In this document: positions 6,160 through 14,100 of the stretch, one piece after another
Position numbering within the stretch: the stretch's first letter is position 1
Layout: each line of letters opens with the position of its first letter
NCBI GenBank assembly: GCA_035695685.1
Contig: DASRRN010000715.1
Coordinates: forward strand, 1-42,616
Length of the DNA stretch: 42,616 nucleotides
Source: Acidobacteriaceae bacterium
GTDB taxonomy: Bacteria; Acidobacteriota; Terriglobia; Terriglobales; Acidobacteriaceae
Direction of reading: 5' to 3'
The notes under the pieces: model-generated
What the model saw: only the letters and a program-made list of their open reading frames with translations
The model's database searches: none
What the model was told of the DNA's origin: nothing
Translations under genes and position numbers: made by a program

Positions 6160-6770
6160 GCGGCGCCTCCGCTGGCGGCCGTCAACTTCGCGCGAAATGC
6201 GCCCAGGGTCTGCGAAAGAATCGCCGGCGCTCCAACTCGCTGAAGGCCGCGGATATAGGTGAACGCCAGTTTCAGCGCCTGCATATTCAGCCGTGCCTCG
6301 TTGTACTGGTCAATAGCCATTACATATTCGTGGCGGTGGCCATGTGTCCCCGTAATCCAGGCTTTGGCTTGAATGCGCGCTTCGTTCAGTTTTTTGAATA
6401 GAGCCGGATCCCCGCCGTCTGGTGAGTCGGGGTGACATTTGCGCGCGCGATCGCGAAATACCTCATCAATCTCAGCCATCGTGGGCGCCGGGTTATCGAG
6501 GCCTAAAATCTGCTGCCAGGAAAAGTCTTCCGTCTTCAGTGAAAACCACACTGCCACTCCAGGATCCAGCTGCTCGCTTTCGTGGCGGCTGATGAGAATG
6601 GAAGCTGCTTTCATGCGCCCCAACTCCTCCACTAGCGCCTTGAAGTATTCTGTGCGGCTTTGCTTCCATGCCGGTTGCCGTTTGCGGTCCTTGATGCGCG
6701 TCCGATCAATGCCGTCCGGCCAGCGCAGTTTCGTCTCTTCGGTTACATCAATCGTTTTGTGAGCTGGCAT
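6156..6770 (-). CDS. J-domain (DnaJ-like, HPD motif) protein
   Basis: ILGLDNPAPTMAEIDEVFRDRARKCHPDSPDGGDPALFKKLNEA matches the J-domain helix II-HPD-helix III pattern. ATG 6770 (MPAHK) overlaps the upstream stop by 1 nt. Confidence 0.75.
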   Translation of the reverse strand: MPAHKTIDVTEETKLRWPDGIDRTRIKDRKRQPAWKQSRTEYFKALVEELGRMKAASILISRHESEQLDPGVAVWFSLKTEDFSWQQILGLDNPAPTMAEIDEVFRDRARKCHPDSPDGGDPALFKKLNEARIQAKAWITGTHGHRHEYVMAIDQYNEARLNMQALKLAFTYIRGLQRVGAPAILSQTLGAFRAKLTAASGGAA

Positions 6771-6940
6771 TATGACCCCTTCCCCGTCCATGGCGCGCCC
6801 TTTTTCGTGGGCCTCGCATCGAAGCTCAACTTTTCCAGGACCTCCTGGATAGCCTTCTCTATCGCTTCATTCTTATCCGCAGCTTCGATCTCCAAGCAAT
6901 CAGGTATAGTGCCCCAGATCACTACATCAAACTTTCGCAT
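6770..6940 (-). CDS. Hypothetical small protein, 56 aa
   Basis: Below the track cut-off. The product starts MRKFDVVIWGTIPDCLEIEAADKNEAIEKAIQEVLEKL.... The stop overlaps the J-protein ATG (TAATG). Confidence 0.45.
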   Translation of the reverse strand: MRKFDVVIWGTIPDCLEIEAADKNEAIEKAIQEVLEKLSFDARPTKKGAPWTGKGS

Positions 6941-7130
6941 TGGTTCCTTTCTCGAGCTCCGCCAGGGCGGTGGCCAGCTGGCGCTCCCGCTCCACCAGTG
7001 TCCAGGCCAGGTTATGGGTATCTAGTTCGCTCAGCTGCTCGGCCCGGTGGCGCTCCTCAAACTCGAGCTTGCCGCTCAATCCCGGCAGCCCCTCCACGCG
7101 CAACAGCAAGATCATCTCCGGAGTACGCAT
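6927..7130 (-). CDS. Hypothetical protein, 67 aa
   Basis: Track ORF in an operon context with a helical, charged sequence. Confidence 0.5.
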   Translation of the reverse strand: MRTPEMILLLRVEGLPGLSGKLEFEERHRAEQLSELDTHNLAWTLVERERQLATALAELEKGTNAKV

Positions 7131-7142
7131 CGCAACTCTCCT

Positions 7143-7502
7143 TCACAGTTCCAAGACGAACGCCAAAACTTCTTCAATGGTTATCTTGTCTTCGGTTAAA
7201 ACATCCTCCCAAGTCTCAACGTGATCGCTGAATCGGGCGTAATCCAACACGATCGAGCGCAGGGCCGCCCCCATGGCCGGCCTGGCCAGCATGCCGGCTT
7301 TGGCGATTGCCTGAGCATTGGCGCCTTCCTCCGCTTCCCCAAGGCCGCCGATAATGAGCGCGATGCCTCCAGGAGCATCGGGCGCTCTTACCACGAAGCG
7401 CGCGCCGCTCCAACCGCCCAATGGCGCGCTAAATTTCACTACTTCCCATGGCGGTTTTGTGTGCATCAGTCCCCCGCTTTCGGAATGTCGTAGGGCTTCC
7501 AT
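7143..7502 (-). CDS. Hypothetical protein, 107-119 aa
   Basis: Track ORF. The start is 7502 or 7466, and both have G-rich SD-like sequence upstream. Confidence 0.5.
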   Translation of the reverse strand: MEALRHSESGGLMHTKPPWEVVKFSAPLGGWSGARFVVRAPDAPGGIALIIGGLGEAEEGANAQAIAKAGMLARPAMGAALRSIVLDYARFSDHVETWEDVLTEDKITIEEVLAFVLEL

Positions 7503-7689
7503 CCTGGATTGCCCTCATTGAGCTTGTTGGCGATCGCGAGAAAGTTATATAGGCCAGCTTCTCCATGCCGTTCCTGCATGCGGATCCAGTTGCCATGCCG
7601 GCCATCATCACCAGGGCGTCCCACTCCTCCCGCGTCAAGGTGAGATTCAGTTGAACGCTGGTGCCATCCTCACTTACTTTGAACATCAC
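7429..7689 (-). CDS. Hypothetical protein, 86 aa
   Basis: Track ORF with an ATGA overlap on the ATPase stop. The 3' end overlaps the next gene, so the exact extent is uncertain. Confidence 0.45.
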   Translation of the reverse strand: MMFKVSEDGTSVQLNLTLTREEWDALVMMAGMATGSACRNGMEKLAYITFSRSPTSSMRAIQDGSPTTFRKRGTDAHKTAMGSSEI

Positions 7690-9020
7690 TCCTCCCCGTT
7701 GCGCGCGATCACCATGCCGTCTTCGAGCACAATGCCCACCTTGCCGCTCGAATCCACCTTGGCCATCCAGATCTGGAAATCATGCTCCTTGGCCATCTTG
7801 GCCAGCATCTTCAAGCCGTCCTCGTCCAGGGCCTCGCCGTGGCGGATCGAGAGCACGCGCAACTTGGGGTTGGCTGCCATGCCGATCTCGGTTGAGATCC
7901 GGATCTGCTCACCCTCGCCCAGGTTCTCGAGGGGTAGGCCTTTGTAGAGCACCTTGCTCTCGTCAAATACCAGGCCATCCACGGGGATCTTGGCGTTGGC
8001 CAGCATGTCCCGTTTCTTCTCGTCGCGCGCATCGATGGCCCGCGTGAGTTTGGTGCTCTCGGCTTCCTTCGATTCCAGGCGCGCTTTCAAAAGGTCGTAC
8101 TGCGTGCGCGCATCCATGGCCCGGTTGGTGCGTTGCGCTGCCTGCAGCTCCTGGGTGAGTGCGGTGACGTCGATCGGTTCGCCCGAGGGTGCATTCTTAT
8201 GTGCGGTGATAGCCTCGCCGGCGGACATGTCCAGAGATTTGCGCACATCTTGCGCGGCCTTTCTGGTTTTCTTCTGCTGCTCCAGCTGCTGCTCGAGGCT
8301 CCGAACCCTTTCATCCTGCTCTGCAATCAACGCTTCGTTATCGTCGATCGCTCTCTGTGCTGATGCCGCTTTCGCGGCCAGCCGTTCCTTGGTGATGAAG
8401 ACTTCCTGCGCCTTGCGGTTCAGGTCGCCGGCTTCATTCAGCTTTTTCAAAATCGCCTGCTCATCGATCTTCGCTTTAGGCAAACCTTCGATCACTGTCA
8501 TGCCGTTCATCTGGGCCTTTAGTTCTCTGGCCTCGCGGTTGACGTCGGTGCGCGCGGTGTAATCGGTTTCGTTCGCCGCATTCAGTTTTTCGATCGCTTC
8601 GGAGTCTACGCCGGCGACCTGGCGCAGCATCTCCACCTTGGCATCGGTATCCATGCGCACAAATTCGAGCGGATCGAAGGTGAGCGTACCGATAATCTTG
8701 TCCAGAAATTCCTGGGGCGTGGTATCCCGCGTCTTACCTTTGGCCATCTCGATGTTGATGGTTGGCAGGCCACCATCGGTGCAGGTGCGAGTCACTGTGA
8801 ATTCGCCGAAGTCGGCTTTCACTCTCAGCTTCTCCGCGCCCTTGCGCACCGCGCTCTTGGGCAGCGCTGCTTTGCCCTTCAACACAAACCACAGCGCATC
8901 AAGTACGCTGCTCTTGCCCTGGCCATTCTTGCCGGTGAGTTTCACCACATTGCCGTCAGGCCGGATCTCCACCACACGAATCTTTTTGAAATTCTCCGCT
9001 ACCAGTTCCAGGATCTTCAT
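7686..9020 (-). CDS. SMC/Rad50/SbcC-like ABC ATPase with central coiled coil
   Basis: The N-terminus reads MKILELVAENFKKI..LTGKNGQGKSSVLDAL (Walker A). A coiled coil of about 250 aa follows. The C-terminus has a signature-like LGEGEQ and Walker B LRVLSIRHGEALD. ATG 9020 is preferred over the track start 9089. Confidence 0.75.
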   Translation of the reverse strand: MKILELVAENFKKIRVVEIRPDGNVVKLTGKNGQGKSSVLDALWFVLKGKAALPKSAVRKGAEKLRVKADFGEFTVTRTCTDGGLPTINIEMAKGKTRDTTPQEFLDKIIGTLTFDPLEFVRMDTDAKVEMLRQVAGVDSEAIEKLNAANETDYTARTDVNREARELKAQMNGMTVIEGLPKAKIDEQAILKKLNEAGDLNRKAQEVFITKERLAAKAASAQRAIDDNEALIAEQDERVRSLEQQLEQQKKTRKAAQDVRKSLDMSAGEAITAHKNAPSGEPIDVTALTQELQAAQRTNRAMDARTQYDLLKARLESKEAESTKLTRAIDARDEKKRDMLANAKIPVDGLVFDESKVLYKGLPLENLGEGEQIRISTEIGMAANPKLRVLSIRHGEALDEDGLKMLAKMAKEHDFQIWMAKVDSSGKVGIVLEDGMVIARNGEE

Positions 9021-9193
9021 TTCGTTTTCGCCTTCCCTTTTTTCGGTTCTTTGATCGTCACTTCCAGGAGCACCATGGGCATGAAACATTTAGTGCAAAA
9101 CGGTGGATCCTCACCCCTGCAATCGGCCGCGGGCCGGTGCTCAATGGTTTGGCAGCCCACACATCTCAACTTGAATGTTGCGACCTGGGTCAT
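9017..9193 (-). CDS. Zn-ribbon protein, 58 aa
   Basis: Below the track cut-off. It has CVGC...CTKC and a lysine-rich tail. ATGA overlap with the ATPase start. Confidence 0.55.
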   Translation of the reverse strand: MTQVATFKLRCVGCQTIEHRPAADCRGEDPPFCTKCFMPMVLLEVTIKEPKKGKAKTK

Positions 9194-9202
9194 CCGCTTT
9201 AC

Positions 9203-9346
9203 TCACTTTCTGGTTGCTTTTTCGAGCAGATCGATCACCAGCTGCTGCAGGGATTTGCCTTGTTGGAGAGCCTGCATCTTCAGCTTGTTCACCACGGCCG
9301 AGTCGATCGCCGGGATCCGTAGTTGCTGCATTCCGTCCTTTGCCAT
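9203..9346 (-). CDS. Ribbon-helix-helix (Arc/CopG-like) protein, 47 aa; first gene of the operon
   Basis: Below the track cut-off. LRIPAIDSAVVNKLKMQALQQGKSLQQLVIDLLEKA fits a strand-helix-helix pattern. Confidence 0.6.
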   Translation of the reverse strand: MAKDGMQQLRIPAIDSAVVNKLKMQALQQGKSLQQLVIDLLEKATRK

Positions 9347-9353
9347 GTGGGCA

Positions 9354-9381
9354 ATGTTAGCATAACTGGCACAAGCGGCAA
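9354..9381 (-). promoter_or_regulatory. Candidate promoter for the RHH-led operon (near-leaderless)
   Basis: On the minus strand: TTGCCG (9381-9376), 16 nt, TAACAT (9359-9354). The -10 box ends 7 nt before ATG 9346. Confidence 0.3.
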
Positions 9382-9397
9382 AGCGCGATCGTAAAAG

Positions 9398-9456
9398 TCT
9401 GAAGGAAACTCTTCAGAGTCTGACGGAAAAAGAAACGGCGCCCCGAAAGGCGCCGC
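9398..9456 (-). terminator. Tandem rho-independent terminators ending the late (structural/lysis) transcript
   Basis: On the minus strand: CGGCGCC-loop-GGCGCCG (9455-9436) then TTTCTTTTT. A second stem, TCTGAAG/CTTCAGA (9417-9398), is followed by CTTTTAC. Confidence 0.65.
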
Positions 9457-9495
9457 ATCCTCTGTCTCGCTCTGGCCGTGCTCCGTTGTACCTCC

Positions 9496-9663
9496 TTACT
9501 TGGTGGCTCCCTTGGCCGCCGCCATGGTGTTAGTCCAGCGTTGGCGCAGCTGGTTTAATTCCGCCTTCGCTTCGGCGTCCATCTTAGTGCCATACTTCGT
9601 ACCGCCCCAGAACACGAGCACGGTATAAACCACAAATCCAACCGCATACATCCAGAAATGCAT
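9496..9663 (-). CDS. Small membrane protein, 55 aa (lysis-cassette accessory)
   Basis: Below the track cut-off. Strong SD AAGGAGGG. The product has an N-terminal TM helix (MHFWMYAVGFVVYTVLVFWGG) and a charged tail. Confidence 0.65.
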   Translation of the reverse strand: MHFWMYAVGFVVYTVLVFWGGTKYGTKMDAEAKAELNQLRQRWTNTMAAAKGATK

Positions 9664-9678
9664 GATTTCCCTCCTTTC

Positions 9679-10170
9679 CTAGGACTTATTCCCCGCCTTG
9701 ACCAGGCCGAGCACACTGACCTGAGAATCGCCCTGCATGCCGGCCACCTGCTTGGCCATTTCGATGCCGGCCGGGATGCCCACAAAGCCCAGCATGATCG
9801 TGGCGAACATCGCGTGCATGCTCATGGGCAGATCGATCGGCGCCTGGCCCACAAATCGGCACCCCGCATAATTCCAGATGTACATCAGGGTCATCGAGAA
9901 ACAGAAGAAGGCGCGCATCCCCATCATGTAGTGATCATTCGAGACATTCTGCGCCGCCGCCGCAATCACCTTGTTTTGCTGATCGATCTGGGCCATCGCC
10001 ATCTGGTTCTGCGAGTCCAGGAGATGCATCTGGGCCTGCGCCTTCAAGGCTGGATCGGGAATGAATTTGTCGATTAGATCCTTGCCCAGATCCGCGATCG
10101 CGCTGATGGGGTTGGCCGAAACCGCCGCTCCTGTTATCCCGCTCAAAACCGATGTAACTGCGCTTGCCAT
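9679..10170 (-). CDS. Holin, 3-TM type (resembles the GTA/phage holin family)
   Basis: ATG 10170 overlaps the endolysin stop, with SD AGGAGGAGG. The N-terminus has LIDKFIPDPALKAQAQ, followed by hydrophobic helices. The track start 10260 is rejected. Confidence 0.6.
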   Translation of the reverse strand: MASAVTSVLSGITGAAVSANPISAIADLGKDLIDKFIPDPALKAQAQMHLLDSQNQMAMAQIDQQNKVIAAAAQNVSNDHYMMGMRAFFCFSMTLMYIWNYAGCRFVGQAPIDLPMSMHAMFATIMLGFVGIPAGIEMAKQVAGMQGDSQVSVLGLVKAGNKS

Positions 10171-10613
10171 TATGCTGCCTCCTCCTGATTGAACAGTTCG
10201 AATTCCGCATGGCGCCGGATCCTCAGCGCCGCCACTTCCACATTCCCCGCATGATCCCAAGCCAGCAGCTGCTGGGCCGCCGCCTCGTATCTGCCGGCAT
10301 TCAGCTCCGCGAGTAGCGTCGACGTCGCCAGGCGTCCGGATCCGAGGTTAAAGACAAAATCGACCAGGGCATCAAACTGCCCCTGGGTGAGCTCGACCTT
10401 GACCAGCCGATTCACGTTGGCTTCTGCAATCAGGACGTCTTTTGCCACGAGCTCTTCGCCGATCGCAAAGGTGATGCCATTCGCAAACACTTCGCCGGGC
10501 AGCAGGCGGTGGCCGTAACCGATGGTTCTGAAGCCGGCAATATCCCGGTAGACGGATCCGCGAAATCCTTCCGATCGCTTCAGTAGTGTCAGTCCGGTTT
10601 CACTCAGATGCAT
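10170..10613 (-). CDS. Endolysin, GH24 (T4/lambda-type lysozyme)
   Basis: LLKRSEGFRGSVYRDIAGFRTIGYGH carries the E-x8-D-x5-T catalytic spacing. QFDALVDFVFNLG is also present. Confidence 0.9.
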   Translation of the reverse strand: MHLSETGLTLLKRSEGFRGSVYRDIAGFRTIGYGHRLLPGEVFANGITFAIGEELVAKDVLIAEANVNRLVKVELTQGQFDALVDFVFNLGSGRLATSTLLAELNAGRYEAAAQQLLAWDHAGNVEVAALRIRRHAEFELFNQEEAA

Positions 10614-10620
10614 AAGCCCC

Positions 10621-11085
10621 TCATCTCATGGTCGCCAGTTTCACCAGTGCCAGAATCAATCCGCCGGCAACGGAAAGCACGGTGATGGTCTCACCGATCT
10701 GGCGCACCAATCCAAAAGCTCCGCCGCGGCGCTCGGCATAGCCGCTCAGGCGTTTGATATCGTCGCTCTGTTTTCGGTTTTGCTCGATCACCTGGCTCCA
10801 TTGCTCATCCTCTCGTTTGCGGTCCTGTTGCCGTCGCAGCTCAATGTCGCGGATTTCCTGGTAAAGCCGCTGCACCGTGCCCCGCAATCCGGTATCGATG
10901 CCGCTCTTCATATCGCCATACACCGCCGCCCTCACATCGATCATGCCTTCGGCGATCACTTTAATGCCGGCCAGCTCGGCGCTGTGGCTCTGCAAGAGGG
11001 CCGCGAGCTGATGCGAGCGATCGCGCATCTCCTTCTCAAGCTCTTTCAGTTCCTCCTGGGTTTTCTCCTCTTCGGCCATCTGCAA
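10621..11085 (-). CDS. Coiled-coil protein with C-terminal membrane anchor
   Basis: Track ORF. It has a charged helical body and the C-terminal TM helix ITVLSVAGGLILALVKLA. Confidence 0.55.
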   Translation of the reverse strand: MQMAEEEKTQEELKELEKEMRDRSHQLAALLQSHSAELAGIKVIAEGMIDVRAAVYGDMKSGIDTGLRGTVQRLYQEIRDIELRRQQDRKREDEQWSQVIEQNRKQSDDIKRLSGYAERRGGAFGLVRQIGETITVLSVAGGLILALVKLATMR

Positions 11086-11109
11086 GCCTCACTGAATTTC
11101 TGGCGATCA

Positions 11110-14100
11110 TCAATTTCCCACGCAGCTAAACCGGATGGCATCTGTCCCGGTCCCGTTGAACGTCACACTCGACCCGCTGTTGTAGACCACATCGATGCCG
11201 TTGATTCCGGTCGAATCGTCCGGCGAGCAGACATAGGTCGAAGAAGATGTGAACACCGAAGCTCCGGTCAGCGTCACAGTCAGCGAGCCCGCCGTCAGCG
11301 TTCCCGAGCCGGTCACCATATGAGCTGAGGCTTGAATAGTTCCACTGGTGTTATAGAGCGGGGCAATCGAAGTCACGGCAACACCCCCATCAGTTGCGCT
11401 TCCATCGGCTGCAAACTTCGCAATATTGCCAGAAGCTCCGGTGCCATCGCTTAATTGCACCTTGGTTCCCGCTGTGCCATGAAAGCCGGTCAGAGTAGAC
11501 GGGAGCACGGTGTTTGCATTCAGCTGGTATCCGCCGAGCGTCGTATTGGCTCCAGGCAGCGCCCCCGAGGGCGTAATCGAGCCCGTATCCGTAAAGGTCA
11601 GGGTTGTCCCCGCCCCGATGGTCGACATGAACAGTTCCGCACCCGTCGTGCGTCCGTAGACCTTGTAGCCGGTCGCGCCCCGCACCTGCAGCCAGGTGAT
11701 GGTCGCCGTATTGGTGCTGGTGCCGCTGCCGGTGGTCACGCAGGTTTGAGCGCCGGGTAGAGTTTCTCCGTTCGCATTGGTAGCCGTGATGCGATAGCAG
11801 ACTTGGGTGGACGCCGCAATGGTGCCGCCCGTCGTGGCAGTCGTGGGTGTGTTCTGGGTTGGAGTAACAATCGCAATCAGATTCACGTTGCCTGCCGACT
11901 GGGTGCTGGCTCCGGAAATAAAGCCTGTCGCATCGGCTGCGACTGTGCCGTATGGGGCTGTGTTGTTTGGGATATCCAGAATCTTCTGATTGCTCGTACT
12001 GTCGGTGAACACAAGGTCAGTGTTGCCGTTGCCTGAACCTAAAATCCACCGCTGCGTCCCGGCCACAATCAGATCCCACTCGCAGCGTGCTCCAACATTA
12101 GCGGTGTTGCAGTAAAACTGAGCGCCGCCCGAGGCTGAGTTGAACGTAGATTTGACGCCTGATTTGGCCGTTGCCCCTGAACTGTTCACCTCGAAATCAA
12201 ACGCGGTGGCCGAAGTCGATCCGGCAGTGACGTTGTTCACTCCTACTACAAACTTGCAGCCCGAGGGCGCGGAAAAGCTGGCAGTCTGCACGCAGAAGTA
12301 AGACTGCGAATGCAGGTAATCCCAGACGTTCAGCAGCGAGGTGACGTCGATTTGCGCATCCGCGTTGGTGCGATAGGCATGAAACACCGACGCGAGAGGA
12401 TTCTGGCAGTTTCCCGCGACTGCCGGATTGCATAGTCCCGAGCCCTGAGAGCGGGGATCGCTGCTGCCGACATAAAGGTCGGTCGTCATGGTGCCGGTGT
12501 TGGCGACGGGGTTTGCATTTGCCCCAAATACTGTATTCAGGCCAAGGGCATTCCAGAGTTGCAGGCCATGCGCCAGGTTCTCATTCAAATTCGAGTGCAC
12601 TGAGAAATCCAGTTGCCCGCGCGCCTGCATATTGGCGGAAGTCTCGTTGAAGTAGTTGTCAAAATAGAAATAGCCGCTGGCCTGCGAAAACTGCCGCTCC
12701 TGATCGTTCGTCACTCTCGGGCAGTTGTTCCCGGTGTTCAGGATGTCGTAGCTGCCGGTGAACTCGAAATCGACAAGAGGATTGTTCGTCGTCCATTGGC
12801 TCGTATACTGCCCAAGCCAGTAACTGTAATCATGGAAGGTTGTCGGAGCGGCGGTGGTGGCCTGCTGGCATCCGCCCGTCCCGCCCGAAGTTCCATTCTC
12901 TTTCATCTCAAATGCAGCCACGGCGTAGTCGTCTGAAGCGAAGGCATTCCCGTTCTCCGTGGCCGATCCGTCGGCGTGGGTAAAGTTGGCTTTAAACTGC
13001 GAGCTTGAAAGTCCACTAGAAAGCACCGTCACCGATCCGCTATTCCCGGCCCCATCCTTGCCGTTCATGAACGCGCCGGTTACCAGACCGCCGACCATGA
13101 TCTTCTGTCCGGTCACAAACGTATTGGCCGCCGTGAAGGTGACGACATTCAAACTCAGGCTCCATGCTGTGATTTGCACGGGAGCGCCGGTCGCGGCCTG
13201 AAACCACGGTCCCACCACGGCGGTCGGGGTAGACACGCTGTCCGGCAGGCTCAGGCCTGGACGCGCAGTGCCGCCCACGTTGATGATGCCGTTACTAGCG
13301 GTGTTATACATCCCGACGCCGAAGACGTCGATCGCGCCTCCAGACGCAGAGACGGTCATCGTGTAGTAATCAGGCACCGCCTGAACCGTGGTCGTGACCG
13401 CCCCGATGGTCGATGCATTACTGAGCGACCCGGAAAAGATCGTGCATCCAGCCGGGCAGGCTCCCGACGCGCCGCTCGTGATCACGACCGTCATCGTTCC
13501 CGGGGTGGCGCTGCTAATCCCGTCCAGCAGCTCCTTGACGTAATACACGCGGAAGGTGTTGGCGTAGATCGAGGCACCGCCAGAGCCATAGGTCACGCTG
13601 CTGCTGGTTGCAATATTGGTGACGATGCCAGTAGGCGCACGGGTGAAATCGTAAGGGACCGTCGTGCCGTTGTTCTTCGTGATGGTTCCGGTGCTGGAGT
13701 TTGTCGTCATCCCACCGCCGCCAGACCCGCAAGGGATGCCGATGCTGGTCTGCAGCGAGCCGGAGCCGTTCATGTCGAACCCGGCAGCGCCGAGGCGACT
13801 CACCAGTCCGCAATAGATGATGAAGTTATGAAACAGGGCCGACGAATCGCCGTTCGGGATAACGCGGAGCTGAGAGGGACTATTCCCGCTCCCGGACTGC
13901 ATGTTGCCGATCGCGTTCAGCGTCGAATTGAGCGTATAGAAGTTTTGCGGCTGCGGGGCCCCGACCAGATTGCCCTGATGAGTCTGGCCAAGGTTAGGAT
14001 CGTCGCTCAAGAAAACAGCCGGAGAATCTGTGTAGCTCACGGTTTGCGACGCGGTAGGGGCCTTGATCACCGCCCCGGCAATGGCAGCGGCTGCGGAAGC

